Part shown: in pieces, positions 48,369 through 62,586 of the stretch
Layout of the letters: each line of letters begins with the position of its first letter
Numbering within the stretch: the stretch's first letter is position 1
Assembly: GCA_002366835.1 (NCBI GenBank)
Contig: DFBZ01000038.1
Location: 107,333 to 171,332, forward strand
Length of the DNA stretch: 64,000 nt
From: Gammaproteobacteria bacterium UBA3067
GTDB taxonomy: Bacteria; Pseudomonadota; Gammaproteobacteria; Pseudomonadales; UBA3067
Direction: 5' to 3'
Translations under genes and position numbers: made by a program
Notes under the pieces: model-generated
Told to the model about the DNA's origin: nothing
Database searches by the model: none
Seen by the model: the letters and a program-made list of their open reading frames with translations, nothing else

Positions 48369-50627
48369 ATGCTAAATAAAGAGTTAGAAGACACATTAAA
48401 TTCAGCGTTTAAATCTGCAAAGGGCAAGCGTCATGAGTATATGACCGTTGAGCACTTGCTTCTGGCGTTGATTGATAACGATTCTGCCTCCATGGTCATG
48501 AAGGCCTGCGGGGCTGATCTCGACAAGCTAAAAGTAGATCTAGTTAGCTTTGTCGATGAAACCACTCCCATTATCCCTGATGAAGAGTCATTACGTGAAA
48601 CCCAGCCGACACTTGGTTTTCAGCGAGTTCTGCAAAGGGCCGTATTCCATGTTCAGTCTTCTGGAAAAAAGGAAGTGAATGGCGCCAACGTGCTTGTTGC
48701 TATTTTCAGCGAGCAGGAAAGCCAGGCTGTTTATTTTCTCAAATCATTGAATGTGGCCAGGATAGATGTCGTAAATTTCATTGCCCACGGTATTTCCAAA
48801 GTCTCCGATGAAAATACGAATGACGAGTCTTCTATTGAGCCGAGTGAAGAGGACATGACGGGAGAAGGTACAAGCCAAAGCCCCCTTAATGCATACGCAT
48901 CTAATTTAAACGAGGTGGCAAAAGAAGGGCGCATTGACCCCTTGATTGGTCGAGAGCCAGAAGTAGAGCGCACCGTACAAATACTGTGCCGACGTCGTAA
49001 GTGTAACCCTCTGCTGGTTGGGGAGCCCGGTGTCGGCAAAACAGCCGTTGCAGAAGGGCTCGCCAAGCTAATTGTTGAAGGCCGTGTTCCTGATGCGATC
49101 AGTGAAGGTGTTATTTACTCCCTGGATTTAGGCGCATTGCTTGCGGGCACCAAGTACCGGGGCGATTTTGAAAAACGTTTTAAGGCCTTACTCGCTGAGC
49201 TTAAAAAAGAAGAGCATGCGATTTTATTTATTGATGAAATTCATACCATTATCGGTGCTGGTGCAGCATCTGGTGGGGTAATGGATGCATCCAACCTCCT
49301 TAAGCCACTATTGGCATCGGGAGACATTAAGTGTATCGGTTCCACCACTTTTCAGGAATACCGTGGTGTGTTTGAAAAAGATCGTGCTTTAAGCCGTCGA
49401 TTTCAGAAAGTTGATGTCGAAGAGCCTTCCGTTGAAGATACCTTCCGCATCCTTAAGGGTCTCAAAGAGTCTTTTGAAGCCCATCATGAGATTAAATACC
49501 GCGATGGCGCGCTGGAGGCCGCAGCTGAATTGTCTGCCCGCTACCTGACAGACCGTTTCCTTCCGGACAAAGCAATTGACGTGATTGATGAAGCGGGCGC
49601 CTACCAAAGATTACAGCCTAGCAGTAAGCGTAAAAAGGTCATTACCAAGGCTGATGTGGAAAGGGTGATTTCCCGCATGGCTCGCATTCCAGCTAAAACC
49701 ATCAGCTCTTCAGACAAAGAATCACTTCGGGATCTGGATAAAAACCTTCAGCGAGTTATTTTTGGCCAAGATGATGCGATTCACACCTTATCCTCTGCCA
49801 TAAAGTTATCACGAGCTGGGTTAAACTCACCCGACAAGCCTCTTGGTTCCTTCCTGTTTGCAGGGCCAACGGGTGTTGGTAAAACAGAAGTATGCCGCCA
49901 GTTGGCGTTCACCATGGGAATTGACCTTGTGCGTTTCGACATGTCCGAGTACATGGAGCGTCACACCGTATCCCGTTTGATTGGTGCACCTCCTGGTTAC
50001 GTTGGTTACGACCAGGGTGGCTTATTAACAGAAGCCATCACTAAAAAACCTCACTGTGTCTTACTGCTGGATGAAATTGAAAAAGCCCACCCCGATGTTT
50101 TTAACCTGCTGCTTCAGGTGATGGATCACGGAACATTAACGGATAACAATGGCCGCAAGGCTGATTTTAGGAATGTAATCCTGGTGATGACAACCAATGC
50201 GGGTGCGCAGATTATGAGCAGGGCCTCTATTGGTTTCAGCTTGCAAGACCACAGCACTGACAGTACAGAAGCGCTCAATAACCTGTTTACTCCAGAGTTT
50301 AGAAACCGACTGGATGCTACCATTCAATTCGGCAAGTTAAGTGATGAAGTTATTAAGAGCGTGGTTGACAAGCTCTTGGTTGAACTACAAGCGCAGCTGG
50401 ATGAAAAGCGTGTATCTATACAGGTTAGCGATGCGGCAGTGGCGTGGCTCGCTGAAAAGGGCTATGACAAAAATATGGGCGCAAGGCCAATGGCTCGTCT
50501 TGTTAAGGAAGCCATCAAAAAGCCGCTTGCTGAAATGATCCTGTTTGGGGAGTTAAGCGAAGGTGGTGAGGTTGAGGTGGATTTAGAGGACGGAGAACTG
50601 GTATTTAAAGTGCTGGAAGCCGCTTAA
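48369..50627 (+). CDS. clpA: ATP-dependent Clp protease ATP-binding subunit ClpA
   Basis: A 752-aa protein with two AAA+ modules (GEPGVGKTA and GPTGVGKTE) and an N-terminal Clp repeat domain. Confidence 0.96.
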   Translation: MLNKELEDTLNSAFKSAKGKRHEYMTVEHLLLALIDNDSASMVMKACGADLDKLKVDLVSFVDETTPIIPDEESLRETQPTLGFQRVLQRAVFHVQSSGKKEVNGANVLVAIFSEQESQAVYFLKSLNVARIDVVNFIAHGISKVSDENTNDESSIEPSEEDMTGEGTSQSPLNAYASNLNEVAKEGRIDPLIGREPEVERTVQILCRRRKCNPLLVGEPGVGKTAVAEGLAKLIVEGRVPDAISEGVIYSLDLGALLAGTKYRGDFEKRFKALLAELKKEEHAILFIDEIHTIIGAGAASGGVMDASNLLKPLLASGDIKCIGSTTFQEYRGVFEKDRALSRRFQKVDVEEPSVEDTFRILKGLKESFEAHHEIKYRDGALEAAAELSARYLTDRFLPDKAIDVIDEAGAYQRLQPSSKRKKVITKADVERVISRMARIPAKTISSSDKESLRDLDKNLQRVIFGQDDAIHTLSSAIKLSRAGLNSPDKPLGSFLFAGPTGVGKTEVCRQLAFTMGIDLVRFDMSEYMERHTVSRLIGAPPGYVGYDQGGLLTEAITKKPHCVLLLDEIEKAHPDVFNLLLQVMDHGTLTDNNGRKADFRNVILVMTTNAGAQIMSRASIGFSLQDHSTDSTEALNNLFTPEFRNRLDATIQFGKLSDEVIKSVVDKLLVELQAQLDEKRVSIQVSDAAVAWLAEKGYDKNMGARPMARLVKEAIKKPLAEMILFGELSEGGEVEVDLEDGELVFKVLEAA

Positions 50628-50647
50628 TACCAGCGTTTAATAAACAT

Positions 50648-50685
50648 CAAAACGGGGCTCTCTCTTGGAGAAGCCCCGTTTTTTA
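50648..50685. terminator. Rho-independent terminator between the convergent clpA and infA genes
   Basis: The stem acggggct/agccccgt has a 12-nt loop, an A-run before it and a T-run after it. Confidence 0.8.
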
Positions 50686-50721
50686 TTGGTACTTAATATG
50701 CTTATTTGAGACTTGTCAGGT

Positions 50722-50940
50722 TTAACGCACGCGGTAGTTAATACGGCCTTTGCTAAGGTCGTAAGGCGTCATCTCAACTTTGACGCGATCACCCGTGAGG
50801 ATACGAATGTAGTGCTTGCGCATTTTTCCGGAGATATGAGCCGTTACAATATGCCCGTTATCCAGCTCCACTCGAAACATTGTGTTGGGCAGGGTTTCTA
50901 TCACCGTGCCTTCCATCTCAATTTGCTCTTCTTTCGCCAT
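50722..50940 (-). CDS. infA: Translation initiation factor IF-1
   Basis: A 72-aa protein, [30 protein letters not shown]..., highly conserved with IF-1. Confidence 0.97.
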   Translation of the reverse strand: MAKEEQIEMEGTVIETLPNTMFRVELDNGHIVTAHISGKMRKHYIRILTGDRVKVEMTPYDLSKGRINYRVR

Positions 50941-51033
50941 TAAATTAAACCAGTTGAATAATGTAGTTTATTTTTCGAGGGCGAATTCTGCCCCATTTTT
51001 TGCTTTGACGCAAAGTTAATTATTGCCATGGCT

Positions 51034-51744
51034 CTAATTCACGAAAAGCCACTGCCCATTCGTGAAAAGCTCAAGGGGTCTATATTCTGACTTATAGCGC
51101 ATTTTAGGGCACTCCTTAATCCAGTAACCGAGGTAGACCGCCGCTAGTTGGTGCTGAAGACAGTAATCAATCTGCCAGAGTATCGCATAAGAACCTAGGC
51201 TGCGGCTGGAATAATCAGGGTCGAAGAAGGTATAGACTGCAGAGAGGCCATTTTCCAGTTTATCCATTACTGCAACGGCTAAAATCTGGTTTTCTTTTCT
51301 GAACTCAACCAGTAAGCCGTGCTCAGACCAACCTTCTGTTAAAAATGAACGATACTGCTCTTCGCTGGGTGGGTACATATCACCGTCTTGATGACGCTCA
51401 CAAATGTAGTGTTCATACAGGGCGTAATGTTCTTGGGTAAATATGGGGCTCATAATTACCACCTCCAAGTCTTTGTTTTTATTTCGTATTCTCCGCTGGC
51501 GCTTGTTGGCCTTAAATAAGGCGGCAGGAATTCTTGCGGCGATACAAGCATTGCAACCAGTGCAATGAGGACGGTAAAAATGGTTGCCACTGCGGCGAAA
51601 GCCTTGCTCACTAAGCTGGGAATAAAGGTGCAAACCCGGTTGAACTTGAGGGTCAAGGAACAGCGTTGTTGCCTGCTTTTCTTCAATATAGCTGCATGAA
51701 TGACTTGGAGTGACAAAAAATTTAATCGGTGTGGGCTGGGTCAT
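51034..51744 (-). CDS. bpt: Arginyl/leucyl-tRNA--protein transferase Bpt (bacterial ATE-type)
   Basis: A 236-aa protein with the N-terminal Cys motif (HSCSY...CTGCNAC) and C-terminal acyltransferase-fold motifs typical of Bpt. It is adjacent to aat. Confidence 0.85.
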   Translation of the reverse strand: MTQPTPIKFFVTPSHSCSYIEEKQATTLFLDPQVQPGLHLYSQLSEQGFRRSGNHFYRPHCTGCNACIAARIPAALFKANKRQRRIRNKNKDLEVVIMSPIFTQEHYALYEHYICERHQDGDMYPPSEEQYRSFLTEGWSEHGLLVEFRKENQILAVAVMDKLENGLSAVYTFFDPDYSSRSLGSYAILWQIDYCLQHQLAAVYLGYWIKECPKMRYKSEYRPLELFTNGQWLFVN

Positions 51745-51772
51745 ACGGTTTATCTACACCTCTGCAGGGAGC

Positions 51773-52462
51773 TTATGCGTGGTTCCAGGCGTGACCGGGG
51801 TCTGCGTTAATATGAGCACTGAGAATCTCCTTAAAACGTTCCAGAGGGATTTCTCTCGCCCCGAGGCTTTCCAGGTGAGGGTTGCCAACCTGGCAATCAA
51901 TCATTGGGAAGTGACAAGCTTGAAGATGCTTTACCAAGTGAACGAAAGCAATTTTTGAGGCATTGGCTCTAAATGAAAACATGGACTCCCCAAAAAACAT
52001 TTGTCCAATAGATAAACCGTAAAGACCGCCAGTGAGTTCGCCATCCTGCCAGGTTTCAACCGAGTGGGCGATGCCTTTGGCATGCAGCTGGCAATAAGCG
52101 TGAATCATTTCCTCGGTGATCCACGTTCCTCCGCCTTCTTCTCTGGGTGCTGAGCAACTGCGGATAACAGCTTCAAAGTTATAATCGAAACGTATTTCAA
52201 AGCGCTTTTGGCGTAATGTTTTTGCCAGACTTTTGGATATTTTTAGTTCGTCCGTAAAAAGCACTGCGCGGGGGTTGGGGCTCCACCAAAGTATGGGCTG
52301 ATCTTCCTCATACCAAGGAAAGATGCCCCGCTTGTAAGCTGCAACTAGGCGCTCAGCAGAAAGATCCCCGCCACCAGCTAAAAGGCCGTTGGGTTCAAGC
52401 AGGGCACTTTCGCTTGGCGGGAAATCGTAGTTATCTGCTGATAACCAGGGGATTTCTATCAT
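51773..52462 (-). CDS. aat: Leucyl/phenylalanyl-tRNA--protein transferase
   Basis: The sequence GLLAGGGDLS...GIFPWY...PILWWSPNPR...GESMFS is typical of Aat. Confidence 0.93.
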   Translation of the reverse strand: MIEIPWLSADNYDFPPSESALLEPNGLLAGGGDLSAERLVAAYKRGIFPWYEEDQPILWWSPNPRAVLFTDELKISKSLAKTLRQKRFEIRFDYNFEAVIRSCSAPREEGGGTWITEEMIHAYCQLHAKGIAHSVETWQDGELTGGLYGLSIGQMFFGESMFSFRANASKIAFVHLVKHLQACHFPMIDCQVGNPHLESLGAREIPLERFKEILSAHINADPGHAWNHA

Positions 52463-52492
52463 TTTTGACCAAAAAAATGGTTATTGATGAGA

Positions 52493-54692
<2,200 letters not shown>

Positions 54693-54756
54693 CGCTGTTA
54701 AAACGCTTCATCTTGCACGACAATTAGGGAAGATTTTCAAGGTAGGGTAGAGACGT

Positions 54757-57180
54757 TTGAGTATTGTGGTTAAAAAAAGTACTACGCGTTCAAAAACAGA
54801 AGTGGATGTCAAACCCGAGTGGATAGAGCATCTGTCCCGCGGGCTTACCGAGGGCGCCATGCTTCTGCTGATTGGGCTTTCTGCCATCTTGCTTTTGGCA
54901 CTCATCAGTTATGACCCCCTCGATCCCGGCTGGTCTTATGTTGGTGACCGTAAAGACGCGCATAACCTCATTGGCCCTGTTGGTGCTTGGAGTGCAGATG
55001 TGCTTTATCAGCTATTTGGGTATTTGGCGCTGTTATTTCCCGTATTGGTAGCATATAGATCATGGATCGTTTTTAGGGAGCAGCTCGCTCATACTCCCTG
55101 GAATTGGCCCATGTTCAGCATTCGCACTGTTGGTTTTTTGATGATCATGGCGACAGGCACGGGCTTGGCTTCGCTATTTCTTCATTTTTCTGAATCACAA
55201 TTACCCGCCACCTCTGGCGGTATACTCGGCTGGGAAGTGGCCAAAGCACTGTCTTCTGTAGCGAGTAAGCTAGGGGCCAGTATTCTCCTGGTCATATTTT
55301 TTGCCACGGGGCTTACCTTATTTACCGGGCTTTCCTGGATCAAATTTCTGCGCTTGGTAGGGCAGGGAAGCATATTTCTTTGGACCCAGTTTATTGTCGT
55401 TTCGAACCATGTTTTTCAGTCTTTAAAAGCCAGCTATCAAAAACAAAAGCTAAAATGGCAGAAAAAACAAAAAGAAAAGCAGCTTATTACCCCAGTGCCG
55501 GCAGGTTTTGGCAGTTTGCCTCTACCTTCAAGTGCAGAAGCCTCTCCTAAAAAGGTTCTTAAAAAGAGAAACAAGAAAGCAGAACCTCCCCAAGCTTCGT
55601 CAGAGAAAAAACAAGCGGTGAGTGACCGCGCCGAACGTGAAAAACAAGTGAGCCTACTTGAGGCACAGCCCGGTGACTTACCCCCCTTAGGGCTTCTAGA
55701 TCAAGAGAATGCCGCAGAGAGCAGAGGCTATTCAGGTGATGACTTACGCGGGATGGGCGAACTCCTGGTGGAGAAGCTCAAAGATTTCGGTGTAGTAGCT
55801 GAGGTCTGCGACATCATTGCTGGCCCCGTTGTGACACGCTTTGAAATCCAACCTGCGCCAGGTGTAAAAGCTAGCCGTATTACTGGGTTGGCAAGAGACT
55901 TGGCGCGCTCGCTGGCGGTGGTCAGTGTACGCGTTGTAGAAGTGATTCCCCGCAAAACCTTTGTAGGGGTCGAAATTCCCAACCAACACCGCCAAATGAT
56001 CAGTTTAAACGAAGTGCTTAACTCAAGGGTTTTTGATGACGCCAAATCACCGGTAACCATTGGCTTGGGGAAAAGTATTTCCGGCGAAGCAGTGGTGGCA
56101 GATGTGACCAAGATGCCGCACTTGCTGGTGGCTGGCACCACCGGTTCCGGTAAGTCTGTGGGGCTAAACGCCATGCTGATCAGCATTCTGCTTAAAGCCT
56201 CTCCAGACGAGGTGCGCTTGATAATGATCGACCCCAAAATGCTGGAATTATCCGTTTATGATGATATTCCTCATTTGCTTTGCCCAGTGGTGACGGATAT
56301 GAAAGAAGCCGCTAATTCATTGCGCTGGTGCGTGGCGGAGATGGAGCGTCGTTACCAGCTCATGGCGGCTATGGGCGTACGAAATCTCAGTGGCTTCAAC
56401 CGCAAAATAGAACAGGCTATTGAAGATGGAGAGCCTTTAAGTGACCCACTTTTCACTCCTTCGGAATTTCAGGTTGCTAACGGTGAAATTGATATTCCAA
56501 AATTAGAAACGTTACCATTTATCGTGGTGGTGATTGATGAATTTGCCGATATGATGATGGTGGTCGGCAAAAAGGTGGAAGAACTCATCGCACGTATTGC
56601 CCAAAAAGCACGTGCTGCGGGTATTCACCTGATATTGGCGACGCAGAGGCCTTCAGTAGATGTCATTACCGGTCTAATCAAAGCCAATATCCCCACCCGG
56701 ATTGCCTTCCAGGTTTCTTCCAAAATTGATTCCCGAACGATCTTAGATCAAGGCGGTGCCGAGCAATTGCTTGGTCATGGGGATATGCTTTATTTACCCC
56801 CCGGAACAAGCATGCCTGAGCGCGTGCATGGCGCCTTTGTGTCCGACGAAGAAGTGCACCGAGTGTGCGATGATTGGCGCAAGCGGCAACGGCCTAATTA
56901 TCTTGAGGAAATTCTTGAGGGTTCCCACGCCAACATGGAAAATAGCGCTGGTAGCATGGGGCCGGAGGACCACGAACAAGATCCGCTTTATGATCAGGTA
57001 GTGGCCTTTGTAACCGAAGCGCGCAAAGTTTCCATATCATCGGTGCAGCGACGATTTAAAATCGGCTACAATCGCTCCGCAAACATCGTTGAAGCCTTGC
57101 AGGGCGCTGGGGTAGTTTCTGCGCCACAGTCAAACGGCAACCGTGAAGTGCTTGCCCCGCCACCTATTAGCGATAACTGA
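54757..57180 (+). CDS. ftsK: DNA translocase FtsK
   Basis: It has N-terminal TM helices, a Pro/Lys-rich linker, a motor domain with Walker A GTTGSGKS and a C-terminal gamma (winged-helix) domain. The TTG start is uncertain. Confidence 0.95.
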   Translation: MSIVVKKSTTRSKTEVDVKPEWIEHLSRGLTEGAMLLLIGLSAILLLALISYDPLDPGWSYVGDRKDAHNLIGPVGAWSADVLYQLFGYLALLFPVLVAYRSWIVFREQLAHTPWNWPMFSIRTVGFLMIMATGTGLASLFLHFSESQLPATSGGILGWEVAKALSSVASKLGASILLVIFFATGLTLFTGLSWIKFLRLVGQGSIFLWTQFIVVSNHVFQSLKASYQKQKLKWQKKQKEKQLITPVPAGFGSLPLPSSAEASPKKVLKKRNKKAEPPQASSEKKQAVSDRAEREKQVSLLEAQPGDLPPLGLLDQENAAESRGYSGDDLRGMGELLVEKLKDFGVVAEVCDIIAGPVVTRFEIQPAPGVKASRITGLARDLARSLAVVSVRVVEVIPRKTFVGVEIPNQHRQMISLNEVLNSRVFDDAKSPVTIGLGKSISGEAVVADVTKMPHLLVAGTTGSGKSVGLNAMLISILLKASPDEVRLIMIDPKMLELSVYDDIPHLLCPVVTDMKEAANSLRWCVAEMERRYQLMAAMGVRNLSGFNRKIEQAIEDGEPLSDPLFTPSEFQVANGEIDIPKLETLPFIVVVIDEFADMMMVVGKKVEELIARIAQKARAAGIHLILATQRPSVDVITGLIKANIPTRIAFQVSSKIDSRTILDQGGAEQLLGHGDMLYLPPGTSMPERVHGAFVSDEEVHRVCDDWRKRQRPNYLEEILEGSHANMENSAGSMGPEDHEQDPLYDQVVAFVTEARKVSISSVQRRFKIGYNRSANIVEALQGAGVVSAPQSNGNREVLAPPPISDN

Positions 57181-57226
57181 GCCGACTTCACCCTATAGAA
57201 AAACCTCTAACATAATCTGGAATTCC

Positions 57227-57919
57227 ATGGCTCCAAAACTCCCAACCTTTTTAGTTTGGCTTGTTAACGCTGCGCTTGCTTTGATATTAATCGCCAATAC
57301 AGCGCTTGCTGCTGAACAGGCAAATAAGGCCCAGTCAAAGAAAGATCCATCTGTTTTACAGTTGATTAAGCTCTTAAATGCTACCAGCGGCATGTCAGCA
57401 AAGTTTCACCAGGAAGCCCTTAATGCCGATGGTGAAGCATTACAACAGACCCAAGGCAGAATGAAACTACAGCGGCCAGGCAAGTTTTATTGGCATACCC
57501 TGGAGCCCTTTGAACAAAAGATTAATTCCGACGGTAAACGTATCTGGGTGTATGATGTTGACCTCGAACAGGTCTCTATTCAAAACGTCGACCCGGGTTT
57601 AGGGCAGACCCCCGCAGCGCTGTTAAGTGGTGAGCCGGATAAGGTGGTTCACCAGTTTTATGTGGAAGGTGTTCAGCACGCAGCTGGAAGTTGGCACTTT
57701 CATCTCAAACCAAAAGAAGAAAGCAGCTTGTTTTCCGATGTCGAACTACAGTTCAGCGGTGAAAAGCTTATCTATATGAAATTAAGCGATAGCCTTAATC
57801 AAACCACCACAGTTCGATTTGCGGACGTGAAATTGAACCCAGCGTTTAAGCATCAAGCCTTTATGCTGCAGTTCCCAGAGGGAGTGGATATTATCGACAG
57901 CTCCCAAGGTGTGCCCTAA
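57227..57919 (+). CDS. lolA: Outer-membrane lipoprotein carrier protein LolA
   Basis: It has a signal peptide starting at the ATG at 57227, a LolA-like sequence (F.Q......G.....G......PGKF.W) and the conserved position after ftsK. Confidence 0.88.
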   Translation: MAPKLPTFLVWLVNAALALILIANTALAAEQANKAQSKKDPSVLQLIKLLNATSGMSAKFHQEALNADGEALQQTQGRMKLQRPGKFYWHTLEPFEQKINSDGKRIWVYDVDLEQVSIQNVDPGLGQTPAALLSGEPDKVVHQFYVEGVQHAAGSWHFHLKPKEESSLFSDVELQFSGEKLIYMKLSDSLNQTTTVRFADVKLNPAFKHQAFMLQFPEGVDIIDSSQGVP

Positions 57920-57988
57920 AGCTTGTTCTTTTACTGCTCTAATTTCCTGCTCTTATCCCATGTTAACTATCAGGTGAGCCTTTAGCTG

Positions 57989-59380
57989 ATGATTGATTTA
58001 TATGAACCCCTCGCGGCACGAATGCGCCCTCGGGACATTGATCAATTCTGCGGGCAAACACACTTGTTAGCAGAAGGAAAACCACTGCGAGAGGCTATTG
58101 TTCAGCAAAAACCCCACTCTATGATTTTATGGGGGCCGCCAGGGGTGGGTAAAACCAGCCTTGCTCAGGTGATCGCTCACCGCCTTGATGTTCGTTTTGA
58201 GAGCCTCTCAGCGGTGATGTCCGGTATAAAGGATATTCGCGCCGCCAGCGAACGGGCAGAAAAGAATCGAGAACTAGGGGAAAAAACCCTGCTTTTTGTC
58301 GATGAGGTACATCGCTTTAATAAAGCCCAACAAGATGCTTTTCTACCATTTATTGAAAATGGCACTGTAATTTTTGTCGGTGCCACCACTGAAAATCCAT
58401 CATTTGAGCTTAATAACGCCTTATTATCCCGATGCCGAGTATATGTGCTTAAAAATCTCGAATGCGATGATTTAAAGCAATTGGCGCAAACGGCACTAAA
58501 CGATGTAGAAAGGGGCCTCGGCGCACAACAACTGCGTATCAGTGACGAAGCGCTAAATAAACTGGCGCTTCATGCCGATGGGGATGCACGACGTCTACTC
58601 AATTACCTCGAGATAGCGACAGACTTTGTTGAGCAGGGTGATGAGATTTCCACTTCCACCCTTGAAAACCTGCTTCAAGGGGAAACCCGGCGCTTTGATA
58701 AGGGCGGCGACTATTTTTACGATCAGATTTCTGCTCTGCACAAAGCGGTGAGAGGAAGCTCCCCCGATTCCGCTTTGTACTGGTTTACTCGCATGTTGGA
58801 TGGAGGCTGCGACCCCCTCTATATTGCTCGTCGTGTAGTCAGAATGGCCAGCGAAGACATCGGTAATGCCGATCCTCGGGGTTTACAAGTAGCCTTGAGT
58901 GCCTGGGACGTACAGCAGCGCCTCGGTAGCCCGGAAGGTGAATTAGCAATTGCCCAAGCTGTGGTGTATTTAGCTTGTGCGCCAAAAAGTAACGCGGTGT
59001 ATATGGCCTATAAAAGCGCAAAAAAACAGGTCTCAAACAGTGCCAGTTATGAGGTTCCTCCACATTTGCGCAATGCGCCCACCAAGTTAATGAAAGAGCT
59101 GGGCCACGGGGAAGAATATCGTTACGCCCACGATGAACCCGACGCCTATGCAGGAGGGGAAAATTACTTTCCTGAGCAGCTTGCAGACGAAAAATACTAC
59201 CACCCCGTTTCTCGAGGTCTGGAAACAAAAATCGCAGAAAAACTGAAATATTTGCGCCAACTGGATAAAATGAGCGCATGGCAGCGCTACGATACAAGCG
59301 GGAAGGGCCGTCAGCATGAATCAACACATTCGGTACAAAATGCACAAACCAGCCAAAGCAACAAAGACGAAGAGAATTAA
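57989..59380 (+). CDS. rarA: Replication-associated recombination protein A (MgsA/RarA)
   Basis: It has an AAA+ Walker A GPPGVGKTS, Walker B LFVDEVHRFNK and a C-terminal MgsA domain. It is syntenic with lolA and serS. Confidence 0.95.
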   Translation: MIDLYEPLAARMRPRDIDQFCGQTHLLAEGKPLREAIVQQKPHSMILWGPPGVGKTSLAQVIAHRLDVRFESLSAVMSGIKDIRAASERAEKNRELGEKTLLFVDEVHRFNKAQQDAFLPFIENGTVIFVGATTENPSFELNNALLSRCRVYVLKNLECDDLKQLAQTALNDVERGLGAQQLRISDEALNKLALHADGDARRLLNYLEIATDFVEQGDEISTSTLENLLQGETRRFDKGGDYFYDQISALHKAVRGSSPDSALYWFTRMLDGGCDPLYIARRVVRMASEDIGNADPRGLQVALSAWDVQQRLGSPEGELAIAQAVVYLACAPKSNAVYMAYKSAKKQVSNSASYEVPPHLRNAPTKLMKELGHGEEYRYAHDEPDAYAGGENYFPEQLADEKYYHPVSRGLETKIAEKLKYLRQLDKMSAWQRYDTSGKGRQHESTHSVQNAQTSQSNKDEEN

Positions 59381-59383
59381 GAC

Positions 59384-59770
59384 GTGGTAGTTCACCCTCT
59401 TATAATGGTGGGAATAGGTGGTGCTGCGGGTGCCATGTCTCGCTACCTGCTGGTAAGAGCCATCACGCCGGTTCTGGCGGACGGCCAGTATCCCTTTGGA
59501 ACCTGGTTAGCGAATATTACAGGCTCGTTCTTATTTGGTCTCTTATTCGTGATCATTAGTGAGCGCTTCAATATGAGTGATCCACTACGCTTTAGTATGC
59601 TGGTAGGGTTTCTCGGGGCATTCACCACCTTTTCTTCTTTCTCCTTTGAAACAGTCCGTTTGCTTGAAACAGGGCATATCATCACGGCATTCATTTATAT
59701 TCTATCCAGTGTCGCCCTGTGTTTGTTGGCAACATGGGGTGGTATGCGCCTTGGCGAATTTATTATTTAA
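59384..59770 (+). CDS. crcB: Fluoride efflux channel CrcB/FluC
   Basis: About 120-128 aa with 4 TM helices and GGAAGAMSRYLL and GFLGAFTTFSSF motifs. The start is either the GTG at 59384 or the ATG at 59405. Confidence 0.9.
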   Translation: MVVHPLIMVGIGGAAGAMSRYLLVRAITPVLADGQYPFGTWLANITGSFLFGLLFVIISERFNMSDPLRFSMLVGFLGAFTTFSSFSFETVRLLETGHIITAFIYILSSVALCLLATWGGMRLGEFII

Positions 59771-59839
59771 AGATTTTGCGGGTGGCAAAAAACCTCACGC
59801 AAATGTCTCCGCTAATTTTTAATTATTGAGAACCTATAA

Positions 59840-61117
<1,278 letters not shown>

Positions 61118-61158
61118 TTTTTTAACGCTTTCCGTTCCAGATTTATAACGAGGTATCT

Positions 61159-62544
61159 ATGGATTTTCTCCCGCTTTTTTTTAAACTCACTGGAAAAACC
61201 TGTTTAGTTATTGGTGGGGGAGAAGTCGCCGTACGCAAAGCAGGAATGCTGGTCAGTGCAAACGCGCAAGTACATGTTGTAGCGAAAGCCATGACACAGT
61301 CTATGACTGGCTTTATTGAAAAACATGGCTGTACTTATCGTCTGGGAGAATTTGTAGCGGATGACCTAGATAAAATGCAACTAGTGATTGCCGCAACTGA
61401 TAACAAAGCTCTTAATGAAACTATTTCACAGTTAGCGAACGCGCGAAACCTTCCTGTTAATGTTGTCGATAACCCCGACCTCTGTAGTTTTATACTGCCA
61501 GCTATTATCGATCGCTCACCCGTTGTGGTGGCAGTATCCAGTGGTGGAAAATCTCCCGTTTTAGCCCGTTTAATTCGGGCGCGTCTTGAAACATTAATTC
61601 CTAGCGCTTATGGCGAACTGGCAACACTCGTTGGGAGTTATCGTGAAAGGGTCAAACAAAAGTTCGCAACCATTAATCAACGCCGAGGTTTTTGGGAATC
61701 GGTACTACAAGGGCCGGTGGCGGAACTAATCTTTGCTGGGAAGGAACAGCAGGCAAGTCAACTACTAGAAAAAGAGTTAACACGACAAAGCGCGCGCACT
61801 CAAGATACAGGTGAAGTGTACTTGGTGGGTGGTGGCCCTGGTGATCCTGATTTGCTGACCTTTCGTGCTCTTCGCCTTATGCAACAAGCAGATGTCGTGC
61901 TTTACGACCGCTTGGTATCCGAACGAGTGCGTGAACTATGCCGCCGTGATGCGCAAATGATACATGTAGGGAAAGCGCGCGATAAACACACTGTGCCGCA
62001 AGAAGATATTACAAAAATGCTGGTTCGTCTGGCGAAGGAAGGGCATCGAGTCTGTCGTTTAAAGGGCGGCGATCCCTTTATCTTTGGGCGTGGTGGCGAA
62101 GAGATTGAACTACTTGCCAAGGAAGATATTCCGTTCCAGGTGGTGCCGGGAATTACCGCCGCTTCTGGCTGTGCCGCTTATGCGGGCATCCCGCTCACCC
62201 ACCGTGACTACTCTCAATCTGTACGCTTCGTGACTGGCCACTTAAAAGATGGTGCGCCAGATCTTGATTGGAAAGGCTTGATTCAGCCCAGGCAGACATT
62301 GGTTTTTTATATGGGCTTAGTGGGCCTCGAAAGCATCTGCGGTAAATTAGTGCAGCACGGTATGGATTCACAAACCCCCATAGCATTGGTACAAAAGGGC
62401 ACTACCCTCGATCAGCGTGTTTATACTGGGACTTTAGAATCAATGCCCAACGATATAAAAGAAGAAGATATACAGCCCCCCACATTAATTATTGTGGGCG
62501 ATGTCGTTAAACTGCATGACGCACTTTCCTGGTTTAATACATAG
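61159..62544 (+). CDS. cysG: Siroheme synthase (uroporphyrinogen-III C-methyltransferase / precorrin-2 dehydrogenase / ferrochelatase)
   Basis: A 461-aa protein with an N-terminal NAD-binding domain ([11 protein letters not shown]) plus a C-terminal SUMT domain ([15 protein letters not shown]). Confidence 0.93.
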   Translation: MDFLPLFFKLTGKTCLVIGGGEVAVRKAGMLVSANAQVHVVAKAMTQSMTGFIEKHGCTYRLGEFVADDLDKMQLVIAATDNKALNETISQLANARNLPVNVVDNPDLCSFILPAIIDRSPVVVAVSSGGKSPVLARLIRARLETLIPSAYGELATLVGSYRERVKQKFATINQRRGFWESVLQGPVAELIFAGKEQQASQLLEKELTRQSARTQDTGEVYLVGGGPGDPDLLTFRALRLMQQADVVLYDRLVSERVRELCRRDAQMIHVGKARDKHTVPQEDITKMLVRLAKEGHRVCRLKGGDPFIFGRGGEEIELLAKEDIPFQVVPGITAASGCAAYAGIPLTHRDYSQSVRFVTGHLKDGAPDLDWKGLIQPRQTLVFYMGLVGLESICGKLVQHGMDSQTPIALVQKGTTLDQRVYTGTLESMPNDIKEEDIQPPTLIIVGDVVKLHDALSWFNT

Positions 62545-62586
62545 CCCTTTACTATCTAATTTCATAACACCTCGTAGAGTTTTGCT

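Noticed and set aside
55728-56237. A 169-aa minus-strand ORF inside ftsK, and a 168-aa minus-strand ORF (58839-59345) inside rarA
   Set aside because: Both are antisense to highly conserved AAA+/FtsK motor coding sequence.
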